Shown in pieces: positions 20,465 to 30,276 of a stretch of 64,000 nt of DNA. Both the position numbers and the translations under genes were made by a program. The DNA comes from Oscillospiraceae bacterium (GTDB taxonomy: Bacteria > Bacillota > Clostridia > Oscillospirales > UBA929): contig JAIRUW010000003.1 in the NCBI GenBank assembly GCA_031254195.1, forward strand, positions 9,248-73,247, written 5' to 3'. The notes under the pieces were generated by a model. The model did no database searches and was not told the origin of the DNA. It worked only from the letters and a program-made list of their open reading frames with translations. Position 1 is the first letter of the stretch. The number at the start of each line of letters is the position of its first letter.

Positions 20465-21383
20465 GGTCAACCGCTCCTTCCTCATTTGTAAATAATATGT
20501 GAATATTGCCATTTCGCTTTTCCACCGTCAGCTTTCCCGCCAAATGCCGCCGCCTCCCGTTGCCGCCCGCGGCAATGTCGAGCATGGCTTTGATGTGAAC
20601 GCGCTCCGGCGGGTAAGGGGAAAACGGGGCAACAAGCAGGCGGCAGACACGCGAAGCGATGGGTTTGGGCAGGCTTACCAACCGTTTCGCCGGGAACCCG
20701 CCGTCAACCTGCCGGACCTCCTCCAAAGCCATGGACTGGAGGTATTCCTCATCCTCCGTCAGCGAGGCCGTCAGCCTTGCCACAGCGTCCGTCAGAGAAG
20801 GGTTGACCCCTTTCAAGGCCGGAACGACCGTGTGGCGGATGTAATTCCGCCGGTAGACGGTATCGGCGTTGCTCTCGTCCTCGCGCCACGATATGTCCCG
20901 TTCCGTGAGATACCGTATGACCTCTTCCCGCGACAGCCGCAGCAGCGGACGGACAATGCGCCCCCGTTGAGGGGGAATGCCGCACAAGCCATGCAGCCCC
21001 GAACCGCGCGTGAGGTTGAGCAGCACCGTCTCGGCGTTGTCGTCGGCGGTGTGGGCGGTGGCAATCCAGTCCAGTCCCCTCTCGGCCCTCGCGCGCTCCA
21101 AAAAACCATACCGCATTTCCCGCGCCGCATTCTCCAACCCCGCCCCCTTGGGCACGGCGCCCCGTTCACTGACAAACGGCACGCCCCACTTCTCACAAAG
21201 CGACTTGACAAACGCTTCGTCGCCATCCGCCGAATCGCGCAGCCCGTGATTGTAATGCGCGGCGGTAACCTCACGCTCCGCCTCTACCATCATACGCAGC
21301 ATCGCGACCGAGTCCGCTCCGCCGGACACGGCGGCAAGAAATGTCCCCTCGTTCAGCACCGGCTGCTCATCGTCAATCCTCAT
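20403..21383 (-). CDS. tilS: tRNA(Ile)-lysidine synthase TilS
   Basis: The start is set at ATG 21383 (MRIDDEQ..). PP-loop ..AAVSGGADSVAML... The 3' end overlaps the hpt start by 62 nt in another frame. Confidence 0.85.
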   Translation of the reverse strand: MRIDDEQPVLNEGTFLAAVSGGADSVAMLRMMVEAEREVTAAHYNHGLRDSADGDEAFVKSLCEKWGVPFVSERGAVPKGAGLENAAREMRYGFLERARAERGLDWIATAHTADDNAETVLLNLTRGSGLHGLCGIPPQRGRIVRPLLRLSREEVIRYLTERDISWREDESNADTVYRRNYIRHTVVPALKGVNPSLTDAVARLTASLTEDEEYLQSMALEEVRQVDGGFPAKRLVSLPKPIASRVCRLLVAPFSPYPPERVHIKAMLDIAAGGNGRRRHLAGKLTVEKRNGNIHILFTNEEGAVDHAPGLGQNPIDRGANYNART

Positions 21384-22704
21384 AATATCCGCTTTCCCGC
21401 TGCGTAAACGTCGTGATGTCGCCCGACCAGTACAGCGCCACCGTTCCCGTGCGCCCGTGGCGGTTTTTGGCAATGATCAGTTCCGCTTCGTTGGGGTCGC
21501 CCGCGTTTTCGTCGTAATACGACTCGCGGTGCAAAAACATAACGGAGTCGGCATCCTGCTCTATCGCCCCCGATTCGCGCAAGTCGGAAAGCTGGGGGCG
21601 CTTATCGCCCCTCTGTACCGTCGCGCGGGACAGCTGTGACGCGCACAAAACCGGTACGCCCAGCTCCTTCGCCATAATCTTCAGCGAACGGGAAATGTCC
21701 CCCACCTCGGTCGTGCGGTTGTCGAAGCGGCGGCTCTTGTCCCCCTGCATCAGCTGCAAATAGTCAATCAAGACCAGCCCGAGGTTTTGCACCCGGCGGC
21801 ACTGCGATTTCATCTCCCCCACCGAGATGGACGGGTTGTCGTTGAAGAAATAATGCAGATGGGAAAGCGTCCCCGACGCCTCGCCGACCCGCTTCCAATC
21901 GTCAGGAGACAGATGTCCCGTCAGCAAGGACTGCGCCTTGACGCGCGATTCCGCCGACAGCAGGCGCGTAACAAGCTGTTCCCGCGACATCTCCAGCGAG
22001 AAAAACGCCACCGCCTTGCCGCTGACGCGCGCCGCGTGCAGGCCGATCCCCAGCAGGAAGCTGGTCTTGCCCATGGCGGGGCGGGACGCCACTAAGATGA
22101 GGTTGGCGTTCAGCAGCCCGCCGAGATGGTCGTCCAAACCGGCAATGCCGGATGGGATGCCGGGCAGTTTCCCGCCCGCTTCAGACAGCTCCCGGATGTT
22201 CTGATAGACATCCATCAAGACGGAGGGGATATTGTAAAGCGATCTCACTTCACGGCCCTGACGGATATTGAATACGCTCTGCTCGGCGCTGTCCAGCACA
22301 TCATCTGCTTGTGCTCCCGGCTCCCTCGCCTGCGCCGATATATCGGTGGCGGCTCCGTCCAGCTTCCTGAGCAGGGACTGCTGACGGACCAGAGCGCCGT
22401 ACTGCTTCACATGCGCCGAGGTGGGCGTAATGTCGAGCAAACGGTCAATATAGCTCGCGGTGGACGTTTCGTCAAAAGCGCCCATCTCCCGCAGTTTGCC
22501 CTGTAATGTCACCGGGTCGAACGCCTCGTTTTGGGCAAACATGACATAGATGGCGTCAAAGAAATTCTGGTGCGCGGGCAGATAAAAATCCTCGCGGTCG
22601 AGCAGTTCGATCACATCGGGAATACAGCGCGGGTCGAGCAGCATCGAGCCGATGACCGCCTGCTCCGCTTCTATATTGTGCGGTAACCGCCGCAGCTCAT
22701 CCAT
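21373..22704 (-). CDS. dnaB: Replicative DNA helicase (DnaB family)
   Basis: 443 aa. N-terminus ..[16 protein letters not shown].., Walker A ..[11 protein letters not shown].., and the C-terminal RecA-like fold. Confidence 0.95.
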   Translation of the reverse strand: MDELRRLPHNIEAEQAVIGSMLLDPRCIPDVIELLDREDFYLPAHQNFFDAIYVMFAQNEAFDPVTLQGKLREMGAFDETSTASYIDRLLDITPTSAHVKQYGALVRQQSLLRKLDGAATDISAQAREPGAQADDVLDSAEQSVFNIRQGREVRSLYNIPSVLMDVYQNIRELSEAGGKLPGIPSGIAGLDDHLGGLLNANLILVASRPAMGKTSFLLGIGLHAARVSGKAVAFFSLEMSREQLVTRLLSAESRVKAQSLLTGHLSPDDWKRVGEASGTLSHLHYFFNDNPSISVGEMKSQCRRVQNLGLVLIDYLQLMQGDKSRRFDNRTTEVGDISRSLKIMAKELGVPVLCASQLSRATVQRGDKRPQLSDLRESGAIEQDADSVMFLHRESYYDENAGDPNEAELIIAKNRHGRTGTVALYWSGDITTFTQRESGYYED

Positions 22705-23149
22705 TGGCGACCTCTACATTGACTGTTATTTCCGCGCTGACCCCGTGCCCCAGCTTGATTTTGGCGGTGTACGTCCCCTGCTGCTTGATCGGCTCATTCA
22801 AGGAAACATCCCGGCGGTCTATTTGGGTGCCGAACTGTTTGTTCAGCGCCTCGGCCACTTCTACGTTGGATATCGAGCCGAATAAGCGCCCGCCCGTGCC
22901 GCCTTTGCCTGTCACGGTCACGCCGCCGCCCTTGAAGGACTGCGCCAGCTCCTGCGCTTTTGCTTTGTCCTGCTGGAGCTTGGCAGCTTTGGCCTTTTCG
23001 TTGCGCTCGTATTCGGCCAGCGCCGCCGGCGTGGCTTCCGAAGCCAGCTTCCTCGGGAATAGGTAATTGCGGGCGTAACCGTCGGAGACGTTGATCAGTT
23101 CACCCTTTTTGCCCTGCCCCTTCACATCGGTTTGCAGGATGACTTTCAT
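22697..23149 (-). CDS. rplI: 50S ribosomal protein L9
   Basis: [36 protein letters not shown].. is the canonical L9 N-terminus. Confidence 0.95.
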   Translation of the reverse strand: MKVILQTDVKGQGKKGELINVSDGYARNYLFPRKLASEATPAALAEYERNEKAKAAKLQQDKAKAQELAQSFKGGGVTVTGKGGTGGRLFGSISNVEVAEALNKQFGTQIDRRDVSLNEPIKQQGTYTAKIKLGHGVSAEITVNVEVANG

Positions 23150-23165
23150 GGGTTCCCTCCATTCT

Positions 23166-25172
23166 TCACATGGCCTGCGGCGGAATCAGGTCTTCTATCC
23201 CACTTTCCTCGCAATACCGGTCGATTGCCTGAATCAGCATTTCCAACGCCTTCGGCACGGCTGTGTCCTTCAATTGCGCTCCGGCGATGGTCTGATGCCC
23301 GCCGCCACCCAGCTTTTCCAAAATCATCTGCACGCTGATTCTGTCTAAGCTGCGCCCGGATATATCCGCCCCCGTCGCGGTGCGGAAAAGAACAAACGAC
23401 GCGTCTATACCAATGATGGAAAGCATCTCGTCGGCCGCCTGCGCCGCCACTACGCGGTCAACCTCGCGGTCTACAGCCGCCACGGCGATGCTGGCGCGGA
23501 CGACACGGGCGTTGGCGATGATCTCATACCGCTCCATCGAGGACTGCATATCGTTTTGGAAGAGGCGCTTGATCTCCACCGGGTCGGCGCCCGCTCCCCG
23601 TAAAAACGCCGCCGCCTCAAAGGTGCGCATACCGGTATGAATGGTAAAACCCTTGGTGTCCAGCACGATACCGGCCATCATCGCTTCGGCTTCACAGCGC
23701 AGCAGGTCGCCCGGCTGGCAAAGGTATTGCGTCAGCTCACAGACCAGCTCACTGGCCGAGGAAGCGTACGGCTCGTGCATGACCAAAATGGCATTTTCGA
23801 TATAATTGGCGGCACGGCGGTGGTGGTCGATCACGGCCACGCGGTTCATCGAGCGCAACAGGTCGCCTGATTCCACGATTTCGGGGCGGTTGCAGTCCAC
23901 AATGACCAATAAAGACTTGTTGTCGGAGTACAGCAATGCCGCCTGCTCGTCTATAAAGGCTCCGGCGTATGCCTCCTGCGTTCGCAGTCTTTCGAGCAAT
24001 GCCGCCGCCATCGTCTTCTTCTCATCGACCACGATATAGGCGCGCTTGCCGCATTTGCGGGCGATACAGGCCACCCCGGCCGCCGCGCCCAAGGAGTCGA
24101 TGTCGGAGTACGCGTGTCCCATCACAAAAACGGAGGAACTGTCCGCGATGATACGGGACAGGCTGGTCGCGATGATACGGCTTTTGACCTTGGTGCGCTT
24201 CTCCACCTCTTTGCTCCGCCCGCCGAAAAACTCAAAGGTGACCCGGTTCTTGACGACGGCCTGGTCGCCGCCGCGCGACAAAGCCATGTCGATAGCGAGC
24301 TGGGCGAAGGAAAAACACTCCAAAGCCGTCTCCCCGTCCCGCCCGATGCCGATCGAAAGGGTCACTTGAAAGCCGGTGGGGCCGGTCACGGTGCGCATAT
24401 CGTCCAGAAGGGAGAAGCGCTGCTCGATCATCCCCGCCATTTTCCGCTCCTCAAAGATAAAGAGGTATTTATCCCTGTCGTATTTGCGCAGAAGCCCATC
24501 CGCAAGCAACGCCCACGCCGTGATTTTCTCGTCGGCGGCGGCCAGAATCGCCGACTTCTGCGATTCGTTCAGATTGTTCATGCACTCGTCGTAGTTGTCG
24601 ATCATGATGACAGACATGACCGGGCGCGACAATCTGTGTTCCCGCCGCAGATTGACCAGCTCGGTGACGTCTATGAAGTAAAGCGTCGCCAGCATCTCCC
24701 GCTTATCCCGGCCATGCGGCTGCCGGATCAGGTTGCCGTAGACCGCGTAATTCCTGTTGCGCAATACGGCGTCAGCCGTCCCGCCGGAGCGCCCGAGCCA
24801 TTTAAGGTCAAAGCCGGGCAGGATATCGGAAAGGCGGTGGGAGAAGAAGCGCTCGCGCAGGCCGGCGGCGGCCAGGAAGAGGTCGTTGGCCCATATCAGC
24901 TCTCCGGTCTCCATATTGAGGATGAACATCGGGAGGGGGCAATGGGTGACGCTGTCCTTCCCGGCGGCGTCGATATTTGCGGCCAGATGGTCTATATAGC
25001 GTACAATATCGCGGCGGCGGCGGATGATCTGGCGGCGGTATATCAGCGCCGCGACGACGATCAAAGCGCCCTCAATGGCGGCGGCCGGGATGGAAAAATA
25101 AGCCGTCGCCCCGGCAAAGGCAATCAGCAGGAGAAAAAACATTTGGTTGCCGGGTGAGACCATCCTTCTCAT
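23166..25172 (-). CDS. gdpP: GdpP-type DHH/DHHA1 phosphodiesterase (cyclic-di-AMP phosphodiesterase family)
   Basis: 668 aa. Two N-terminal TM helices, a degenerate GGDEF-like middle, DHH ..AVIDHHRRA.., and DHHA1 ..[13 protein letters not shown]... The gdpP-rplI-dnaB synteny is conserved. The exact start is uncertain (several early Met codons). Confidence 0.9.
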   Translation of the reverse strand: MRRMVSPGNQMFFLLLIAFAGATAYFSIPAAAIEGALIVVAALIYRRQIIRRRRDIVRYIDHLAANIDAAGKDSVTHCPLPMFILNMETGELIWANDLFLAAAGLRERFFSHRLSDILPGFDLKWLGRSGGTADAVLRNRNYAVYGNLIRQPHGRDKREMLATLYFIDVTELVNLRREHRLSRPVMSVIMIDNYDECMNNLNESQKSAILAAADEKITAWALLADGLLRKYDRDKYLFIFEERKMAGMIEQRFSLLDDMRTVTGPTGFQVTLSIGIGRDGETALECFSFAQLAIDMALSRGGDQAVVKNRVTFEFFGGRSKEVEKRTKVKSRIIATSLSRIIADSSSVFVMGHAYSDIDSLGAAAGVACIARKCGKRAYIVVDEKKTMAAALLERLRTQEAYAGAFIDEQAALLYSDNKSLLVIVDCNRPEIVESGDLLRSMNRVAVIDHHRRAANYIENAILVMHEPYASSASELVCELTQYLCQPGDLLRCEAEAMMAGIVLDTKGFTIHTGMRTFEAAAFLRGAGADPVEIKRLFQNDMQSSMERYEIIANARVVRASIAVAAVDREVDRVVAAQAADEMLSIIGIDASFVLFRTATGADISGRSLDRISVQMILEKLGGGGHQTIAGAQLKDTAVPKALEMLIQAIDRYCEESGIEDLIPPQAM

Positions 25173-25180
25173 AACCTACA

Positions 25181-26215
25181 TTACCCCGCCGCAATCATTT
25201 CCTGTGGGTCAAGCCGGTAAAACGCTTCGTCCACGGCGACCCCCAGTTCTACGCCCCACTCGCGTATCTTCTCCGAAAACGCGTCGGAGCCGCAATAATA
25301 GAGTATATCCTCTATATTTTCCTCAAACCATTCCCAATCCTCCGGCAACCGGAGGATGACGTAAAACCCATCGTCGGTGCTCACAACCTCGGATATGTCG
25401 TTTACAGCCAGCGCCGACAGCGCCGTATCGAACGAGGCCCCAAACAGCCCCAGCGGTATCGGCATCCCCTCCGGGGAAAGCGACATCATATAGTCCTGCC
25501 CGTAAATCCCCACCATGCCAGTAAAATCCTCATCCCCGGAAATTGCCCGGCGGCGCAGAGCTTCGGCAACGCTCTTCTGTGTTTCCCGCTCCGTCCCGGT
25601 CAGCGGCTCGCCGTATTCATCGGTGGCGGAGAGGTATATGTAGCTCGCGGAGATATAGTTCCTGCTGTAGTAAGCGCGCATTGCGCCGTCATCCGGCTCA
25701 TGCGGCTTGCCCGGCCCGTACAGGCCGTCCAGCATCTTTTCCTGAAGCATCGGTACCGCGTAATTATAGAAGCGATACAATTCTTCTGTCAATCCAATCG
25801 CTGCCAATTCCTCCAAAAAAGCCTCGCGCCCCTCGCGGTATTCGCTTTCCATCGCGAGCTCCCAGTCTATCGCGCCCTCTTCCTCATCGGTGAGCGCATA
25901 ACCCAGTTCCGCCGCTTTAATTCTTATGACACAGGCGGACACCGCCAGTTCCAGCGCCTTGTCCAGAAAATGCCGCCGCACCTCGATTCCTTCGATATGT
26001 CCCTCCCAGTCAATCTCGCGGAATAGCAGGTATTCTTCTACGGCAACGCTTGTCAGGTAAACAATCTCGCCCCGGCTCAGCTCCTCCCCCGCAATCAGGA
26101 CGAGAGGCGCATCCCCGCCGGAGGGGGAAGACGGCGGGGGGACGCTCGTGCAAGCGGACAGCAGCGCCGCCAAAACGGCGCATAGCAGAAATGCCCTCAT
26201 CCCGCGCATACCCAC
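25181..26215 (-). CDS. PrsA/SurA-like foldase lipoprotein (degenerate parvulin-type PPIase C-terminus)
   Basis: Lipobox ..LAALLSAC|TS... A helical SurA-N-like body. C-terminus ..LAVNDISEVVSTDDGFYVILRL.. resembles the end of a parvulin domain. Confidence 0.55.
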   Translation of the reverse strand: MGMRGMRAFLLCAVLAALLSACTSVPPPSSPSGGDAPLVLIAGEELSRGEIVYLTSVAVEEYLLFREIDWEGHIEGIEVRRHFLDKALELAVSACVIRIKAAELGYALTDEEEGAIDWELAMESEYREGREAFLEELAAIGLTEELYRFYNYAVPMLQEKMLDGLYGPGKPHEPDDGAMRAYYSRNYISASYIYLSATDEYGEPLTGTERETQKSVAEALRRRAISGDEDFTGMVGIYGQDYMMSLSPEGMPIPLGLFGASFDTALSALAVNDISEVVSTDDGFYVILRLPEDWEWFEENIEDILYYCGSDAFSEKIREWGVELGVAVDEAFYRLDPQEMIAAG

Positions 26216-26221
26216 AGTCCC

Positions 26222-26941
26222 CTATCGTATCTTATCTTTTATCCATTTAGGATTTTCATACACCTCGCGCCGGAGCGTTTCGATCTCCGTTAAATCACGC
26301 GCGGACAAATCATATTGCTCCGCGCCGTCCCACAAACCGGCCAGTTTCTCCATAAATGCTTCCGCTGAGACCCCTTCTTTCATCATCGGGCGTATATTCG
26401 CCACCCGCGCCGCGACTGAGGCAATGCCGCGTCCTTTGTATTTCTCTTCGCTCACCCGCAGAACGCCGGTCAGATTCGCCATGTTCACATCATATAAAAG
26501 CGTGCCGTGGTGCAAAACGCGGCCTTTCCATATGGTCTGCGCCGTGCCGGACACCTTTTTGCCATGAATCAATATATCGTTGCGCCCCGCGAACTCCGCG
26601 TCCAGCCCCAGATTTCGCAGGGCTTCCACCATCGGGGCGGCAAAGCGCTGAAAGTCCACCGGCCCGTTGTAGCGGCGGATGTGCGTATAGCAAATATTCC
26701 CCAAATCATGGTAGACCGCGCCGCCGCCGGTAATCCGGCGGACCAGGCCGATACCGTGTTCATGCAGATACTCTCCGTCGGCTTCCAAAAACGCGTCCTG
26801 GTTGCGCCCGACCACCACCACAGGCGTGTTGCGCCAGAAAATGTCCAGCTCAAGGTCTGTTTGGGTGAGGAAATATTCTTCACAGGCGAGGTTAAACCCC
26901 GGCTCGGTACGGCTATGTGTCAGAAGAAGCATCGTCGCCAT
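26222..26941 (-). CDS. Lipoate-protein ligase family protein (BPL/LPL catalytic domain only, 239 aa)
   Basis: ..NLACEEYFL..FWRNTPVVVVGRNQ..GIGLVRRITGGGAVYHDLGN.. is the LplA/LipM catalytic core. It lacks the LplA C-terminal accessory domain. Confidence 0.8.
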   Translation of the reverse strand: MATMLLLTHSRTEPGFNLACEEYFLTQTDLELDIFWRNTPVVVVGRNQDAFLEADGEYLHEHGIGLVRRITGGGAVYHDLGNICYTHIRRYNGPVDFQRFAAPMVEALRNLGLDAEFAGRNDILIHGKKVSGTAQTIWKGRVLHHGTLLYDVNMANLTGVLRVSEEKYKGRGIASVAARVANIRPMMKEGVSAEAFMEKLAGLWDGAEQYDLSARDLTEIETLRREVYENPKWIKDKIR

Positions 26942-27476
26942 CCGTTGTGAGCGGTTCGTTGTTATTCGTCATGATCTCCCATATTTTCTGTAAAATCGTC
27001 TCCGCGTCTTTCTCAAAGCGCCGCTTCAGCTCCGCCGACTGCTTCTCCCCGCCCGTTTGCAGCTTTAGCTCCAGCAACGGCACGGCTCCGTCGGTCAAAG
27101 CCCCGGTGAAGGATGACAGCCCGTCCGCCGTCTCCACCGAAGTGAAAACACAGCGGCCGCGCATCTGCCTGTCCCGCGCCATAGCACTTTCCTCTATGAC
27201 CGCGCGGCGCAGCGCGGCCGGAAGCTCGCGCTCCGTAATGCCGGTGATCTCGTCTCCGCGCGCCGTCAGCCGGACGCATTCCCCGTCGCGCTCCAGCAGG
27301 CCGTTGTCGAGCAAGCCCGCCAGCGCGTCGGAAAAGAGAAAATAATCGGCGTTATCGTCCAGCAAAGCCAGCTTGATCAGCTCCCGGACGTCAACAGGCT
27401 CCCCGACCGCCTGACAGGCAAACAGGATGAGCTTGCGCATAACCGGCGCTTCGCCGGAAAAACCGTAACGAGGCAT
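26913..27476 (-). CDS. DUF4364-family protein (winged-helix-like, function unknown)
   Basis: 187 aa. ..MRKLILFACQAVGEPVDVRELIKLALLDDNADYFLFSDALAGLLDNGLLE.. fits my memory of DUF4364. It overlaps the next gene by 29 nt. Confidence 0.55.
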   Translation of the reverse strand: MPRYGFSGEAPVMRKLILFACQAVGEPVDVRELIKLALLDDNADYFLFSDALAGLLDNGLLERDGECVRLTARGDEITGITERELPAALRRAVIEESAMARDRQMRGRCVFTSVETADGLSSFTGALTDGAVPLLELKLQTGGEKQSAELKRRFEKDAETILQKIWEIMTNNNEPLTTDGDDASSDT

Positions 27477-27504
27477 GGGTCACCCCCATAAAACTTACCG
27501 ACAT

Positions 27505-27533
27505 AGTATAACATACTCTTGCCAAAATTACAA
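27505..27533 (-). promoter_or_regulatory. Candidate promoter of the DUF4364-to-recG minus-strand gene block
   Basis: Minus-sense TTGTAA (27533-27528), 17-nt spacer ending in TGT (extended -10), TATACT (27510-27505). The SD GGGGGTG precedes ATG 27476. It is interleaved back-to-back with the valS promoter. Confidence 0.45.
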
Positions 27534-27548
27534 GGTATATGTTATGAT
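27519..27548 (+). promoter_or_regulatory. Candidate valS promoter
   Basis: TTGCCA (27519-27524), 18-nt spacer, extended -10 TGtTATGAT (-10 at 27543-27548). The leader to ATG 27574 is only ~20 nt, with SD GGAGGGG. Confidence 0.5.
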
Positions 27549-27573
27549 TACTGGAAAGCGCAACGGAGGGGTC

Positions 27574-30276
27574 ATGATGACGAAAGAATTAGGCAAAGCA
27601 TATCAGCCGCAAGAGGTGGAGACCGCCGTTTACCAAATGTGGACGGAGGGCGGGTACTTCGCGCCGCGCAAGGGGAGCAAACCCACCTACACCATCGTCA
27701 TCCCGCCGCCCAATGTCACCGGGCAGCTGCATTTAGGGCACGCCGTTGTCAACACCTTGCAAGACACGCTGATACGCTATAAGCGCATGGACGGCTACGA
27801 GACGCTGTGGATGCCCGGCACCGACCACGCGGGCATCGCCACGCAGATCGTTGTGGAAGCAGAGCTGAAAAAAAAGGAGAACAAAACCCGTTTCGACCTT
27901 GGCCGCGAGGCGTTTGTCGAGCGTGTTTGGGAGTGGAAAGAGACATACGGCAACCGCATCGTCGAACAGCTGAAGAAGCTGGGCGCTTCCTGCGACTGGG
28001 ACAGGCTGCGCTTCACGATGGACGAGGGGCTGTCCCGCGCGGTACGGGAAGTGTTCGTCGCGCTCTACGAAAAAGGGCTGATCTACCGCGGCAACCGCAT
28101 CACCAACATCTGCATCTGCTGCCAGACCGCTTTGAGCGAGACGGAAGTGGAGTACGAGGAGCAGGACGGGAAGTTATACTACGTCAGGTACCCGGTGTCA
28201 CGCTCCGTGCGCGGCTCACAGGATGTGTCACGCTCCGTGCGCGCCTCGCGGGCGGTCGCGGAAGAGGGAAGTGAATTCCCTCTTGCCGCGACCTGCGAGG
28301 CGACGGAGCAGCTCGTTGTAGCCACCACCCGCCCCGAGACCATGCTGGGCGACATGGCGGTGGCCGTCCACCCGGAAGATGGGCGGTATAAGCACCTCAT
28401 CGGAAAAACGGTGACACTGCCCTTGATGAACCGGGAGATTCCCGTTATCGCGGACGAATATGTGGACAAAGAGTTCGGCACCGGCTGCGTCAAGATCACC
28501 CCCTGCCACGACCCCAACGACTACGACGTCGCCAAGCGCCATAAACTGCCCGAGCTTTTGATTATGGACCAAAAGGGCGTTATCAACAAAAACGGCGGCA
28601 AATACAACGGCCTGACCCGCGAGAAAGCCCGTATCGCCGTGCTGGAAGACCTTGAAAAGGGCGGCTTCCTCGTCAAAACCGAGCCGCACCCGCACAATGT
28701 CGGCACCTGCGCCCGCTGTCATCAAAACGTCGAGCCGATGGCCAGCGAGCAGTGGTTTGTTTCGATGAAATCGCTGGCCGAGCCCGCCATCGCCGCCGTC
28801 AAAGAGGGACGGACAAAATTTGTGCCGGAGCGTTTTGAAAAGCTCTACCTCCACTGGATCGAAAACGTGCGCGACTGGTGCGTATCCCGCCAAATCTGGT
28901 GGGGGCACCGTATCCCGGTCTGGACTTGCGTGGACTGCGCAAGGATCGTCGTTTCGAGTGAAGACCCGACCGAGTGCCCCCTGTGCAAGTCAGGGCATTT
29001 GGTGCAGGACCCGGATGTGCTGGACACATGGTTTTCCAGCGCTTTGTGGCCGTTTTCAACCTTGGGCTGGCCCGATGACACGGAAGACCTGCGCCGCTTC
29101 TACCCCACCGACGTGCTGGTGACGGCCTATGACATCATCTACCTGTGGGTGGCGCGGATGATCTTCTCCGGCATCGAGCAGACCGGCCAAGAGCCCTTCC
29201 ACACCGTCTACATGCACGGCCTCCTGCGCGACGCCGAAGGGCGGAAGATGAGCAAATCCCTCGGCAACGGCATTGACCCGCTGGAGATGATCGACAAGTA
29301 CGGCGCGGACGCGCTGCGCGTTTATATCATTACCCTGGTCAATCTGCAAGGGGGCGACATACGCTTTGTCCCCGAGCGCTGTGAGCATTTCCGCAATTTC
29401 TGCAACAAACTGTGGAACGCCTCGCGGTTCGTGCTGTCCAGCCTCGGCGATACAGATTGCTGGACGCTGCCGGAGAGCCTGACGCTGCCGGATATGTGGA
29501 TCGTCACCAAACTACAGTCCCTTATATACGACATAACGGCGCATTTGGACAAATATGAGTTGAATCTGGCGGCGCTGAAAATGACGGACTTTATATGGGA
29601 CGATTTCTGCGATTGGTACATCGAGCTTGCGAAAATCCAGCTGCGCAGCGACGACACAAAGGAAACCACACAGCAGATACTGGCTTACGTGCTGGAGACG
29701 GCGTTACGGCTGCTTCACCCGTTCGCCCCGTTTATCACCGAGGAAATATGGCAGTCCTTCCCGGGCGGCCTGCGGGACGGGCCGTCGCTGATGATTGCCA
29801 AATGGCCGGAACCGGAGGACAGGCTTCGCTTCAAGCGCGAAACGGCGGAAATGGAACTGCTGATGGACACGGTACGCGCCGTACGCGCCCGCCGGAACGA
29901 AATGAAGGTGCCTCCATCCAAAAAAGCGGCGTGGACGGTTGAAACCCAGCATACGGAGCTGTTTGAACGCCACGCGGACATGTTCAGGGCTTTGGCCGGG
30001 GCGGGCGGGGTGACGTTTGGCCCCGCGCCGGAAGGGGCCGTCACCGTTGTTTCGGACGGCGCGACCGTTTACCTCCCGCTGGCCGAACTGGTAGACCTTG
30101 AGGCCGAACGCGCCCGTCTGCAAAAAGAGCTTGCCGCCGCGCAAAAGGACTATGACGCGCTGTCGCAGAAACTGCAAAACGAGCATTTCATCAGCAAAGC
30201 CCCCGAACGGGTCGTCGCGGCGGAACGCGAGCGCCTGACAGCGCTGAAAGAACGGATAGAGAGGCTTTCTCAATGA
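27574..30276 (+). CDS. valS: Valine--tRNA ligase
   Basis: The start is set at ATG 27574. HIGH-type ..PPPNVTGQLHLGH.., ..ATTRPETMLGD.., KMSKS ..GRKMSKSLGN.., and a C-terminal coiled coil. It contains an extra ~31-codon segment at 28198-28310 (see findings). Confidence 0.95.
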   Translation: MMTKELGKAYQPQEVETAVYQMWTEGGYFAPRKGSKPTYTIVIPPPNVTGQLHLGHAVVNTLQDTLIRYKRMDGYETLWMPGTDHAGIATQIVVEAELKKKENKTRFDLGREAFVERVWEWKETYGNRIVEQLKKLGASCDWDRLRFTMDEGLSRAVREVFVALYEKGLIYRGNRITNICICCQTALSETEVEYEEQDGKLYYVRYPVSRSVRGSQDVSRSVRASRAVAEEGSEFPLAATCEATEQLVVATTRPETMLGDMAVAVHPEDGRYKHLIGKTVTLPLMNREIPVIADEYVDKEFGTGCVKITPCHDPNDYDVAKRHKLPELLIMDQKGVINKNGGKYNGLTREKARIAVLEDLEKGGFLVKTEPHPHNVGTCARCHQNVEPMASEQWFVSMKSLAEPAIAAVKEGRTKFVPERFEKLYLHWIENVRDWCVSRQIWWGHRIPVWTCVDCARIVVSSEDPTECPLCKSGHLVQDPDVLDTWFSSALWPFSTLGWPDDTEDLRRFYPTDVLVTAYDIIYLWVARMIFSGIEQTGQEPFHTVYMHGLLRDAEGRKMSKSLGNGIDPLEMIDKYGADALRVYIITLVNLQGGDIRFVPERCEHFRNFCNKLWNASRFVLSSLGDTDCWTLPESLTLPDMWIVTKLQSLIYDITAHLDKYELNLAALKMTDFIWDDFCDWYIELAKIQLRSDDTKETTQQILAYVLETALRLLHPFAPFITEEIWQSFPGGLRDGPSLMIAKWPEPEDRLRFKRETAEMELLMDTVRAVRARRNEMKVPPSKKAAWTVETQHTELFERHADMFRALAGAGGVTFGPAPEGAVTVVSDGATVYLPLAELVDLEAERARLQKELAAAQKDYDALSQKLQNEHFISKAPERVVAAERERLTALKERIERLSQ

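Noticed and set aside
20403-20512. TilS-Hpt overlap as a programmed frameshift or a disrupted bifunctional TilS-Hpt fusion gene.
   Set aside because: hpt has its own strong SD (GGAAGGAG) and an ATG at 20464. The TilS core is complete before the overlap, and there is no slippery sequence. The 62-nt overlap is most simply a late stop in a GC-rich frame.
27477-27573. Expected T-box riboswitch leader upstream of valS, as is common in Firmicutes.
   Set aside because: The whole intergenic region is under 100 nt and holds two back-to-back promoters. The predicted valS leader is ~20 nt, with no room for a specifier loop, T-box or terminator.
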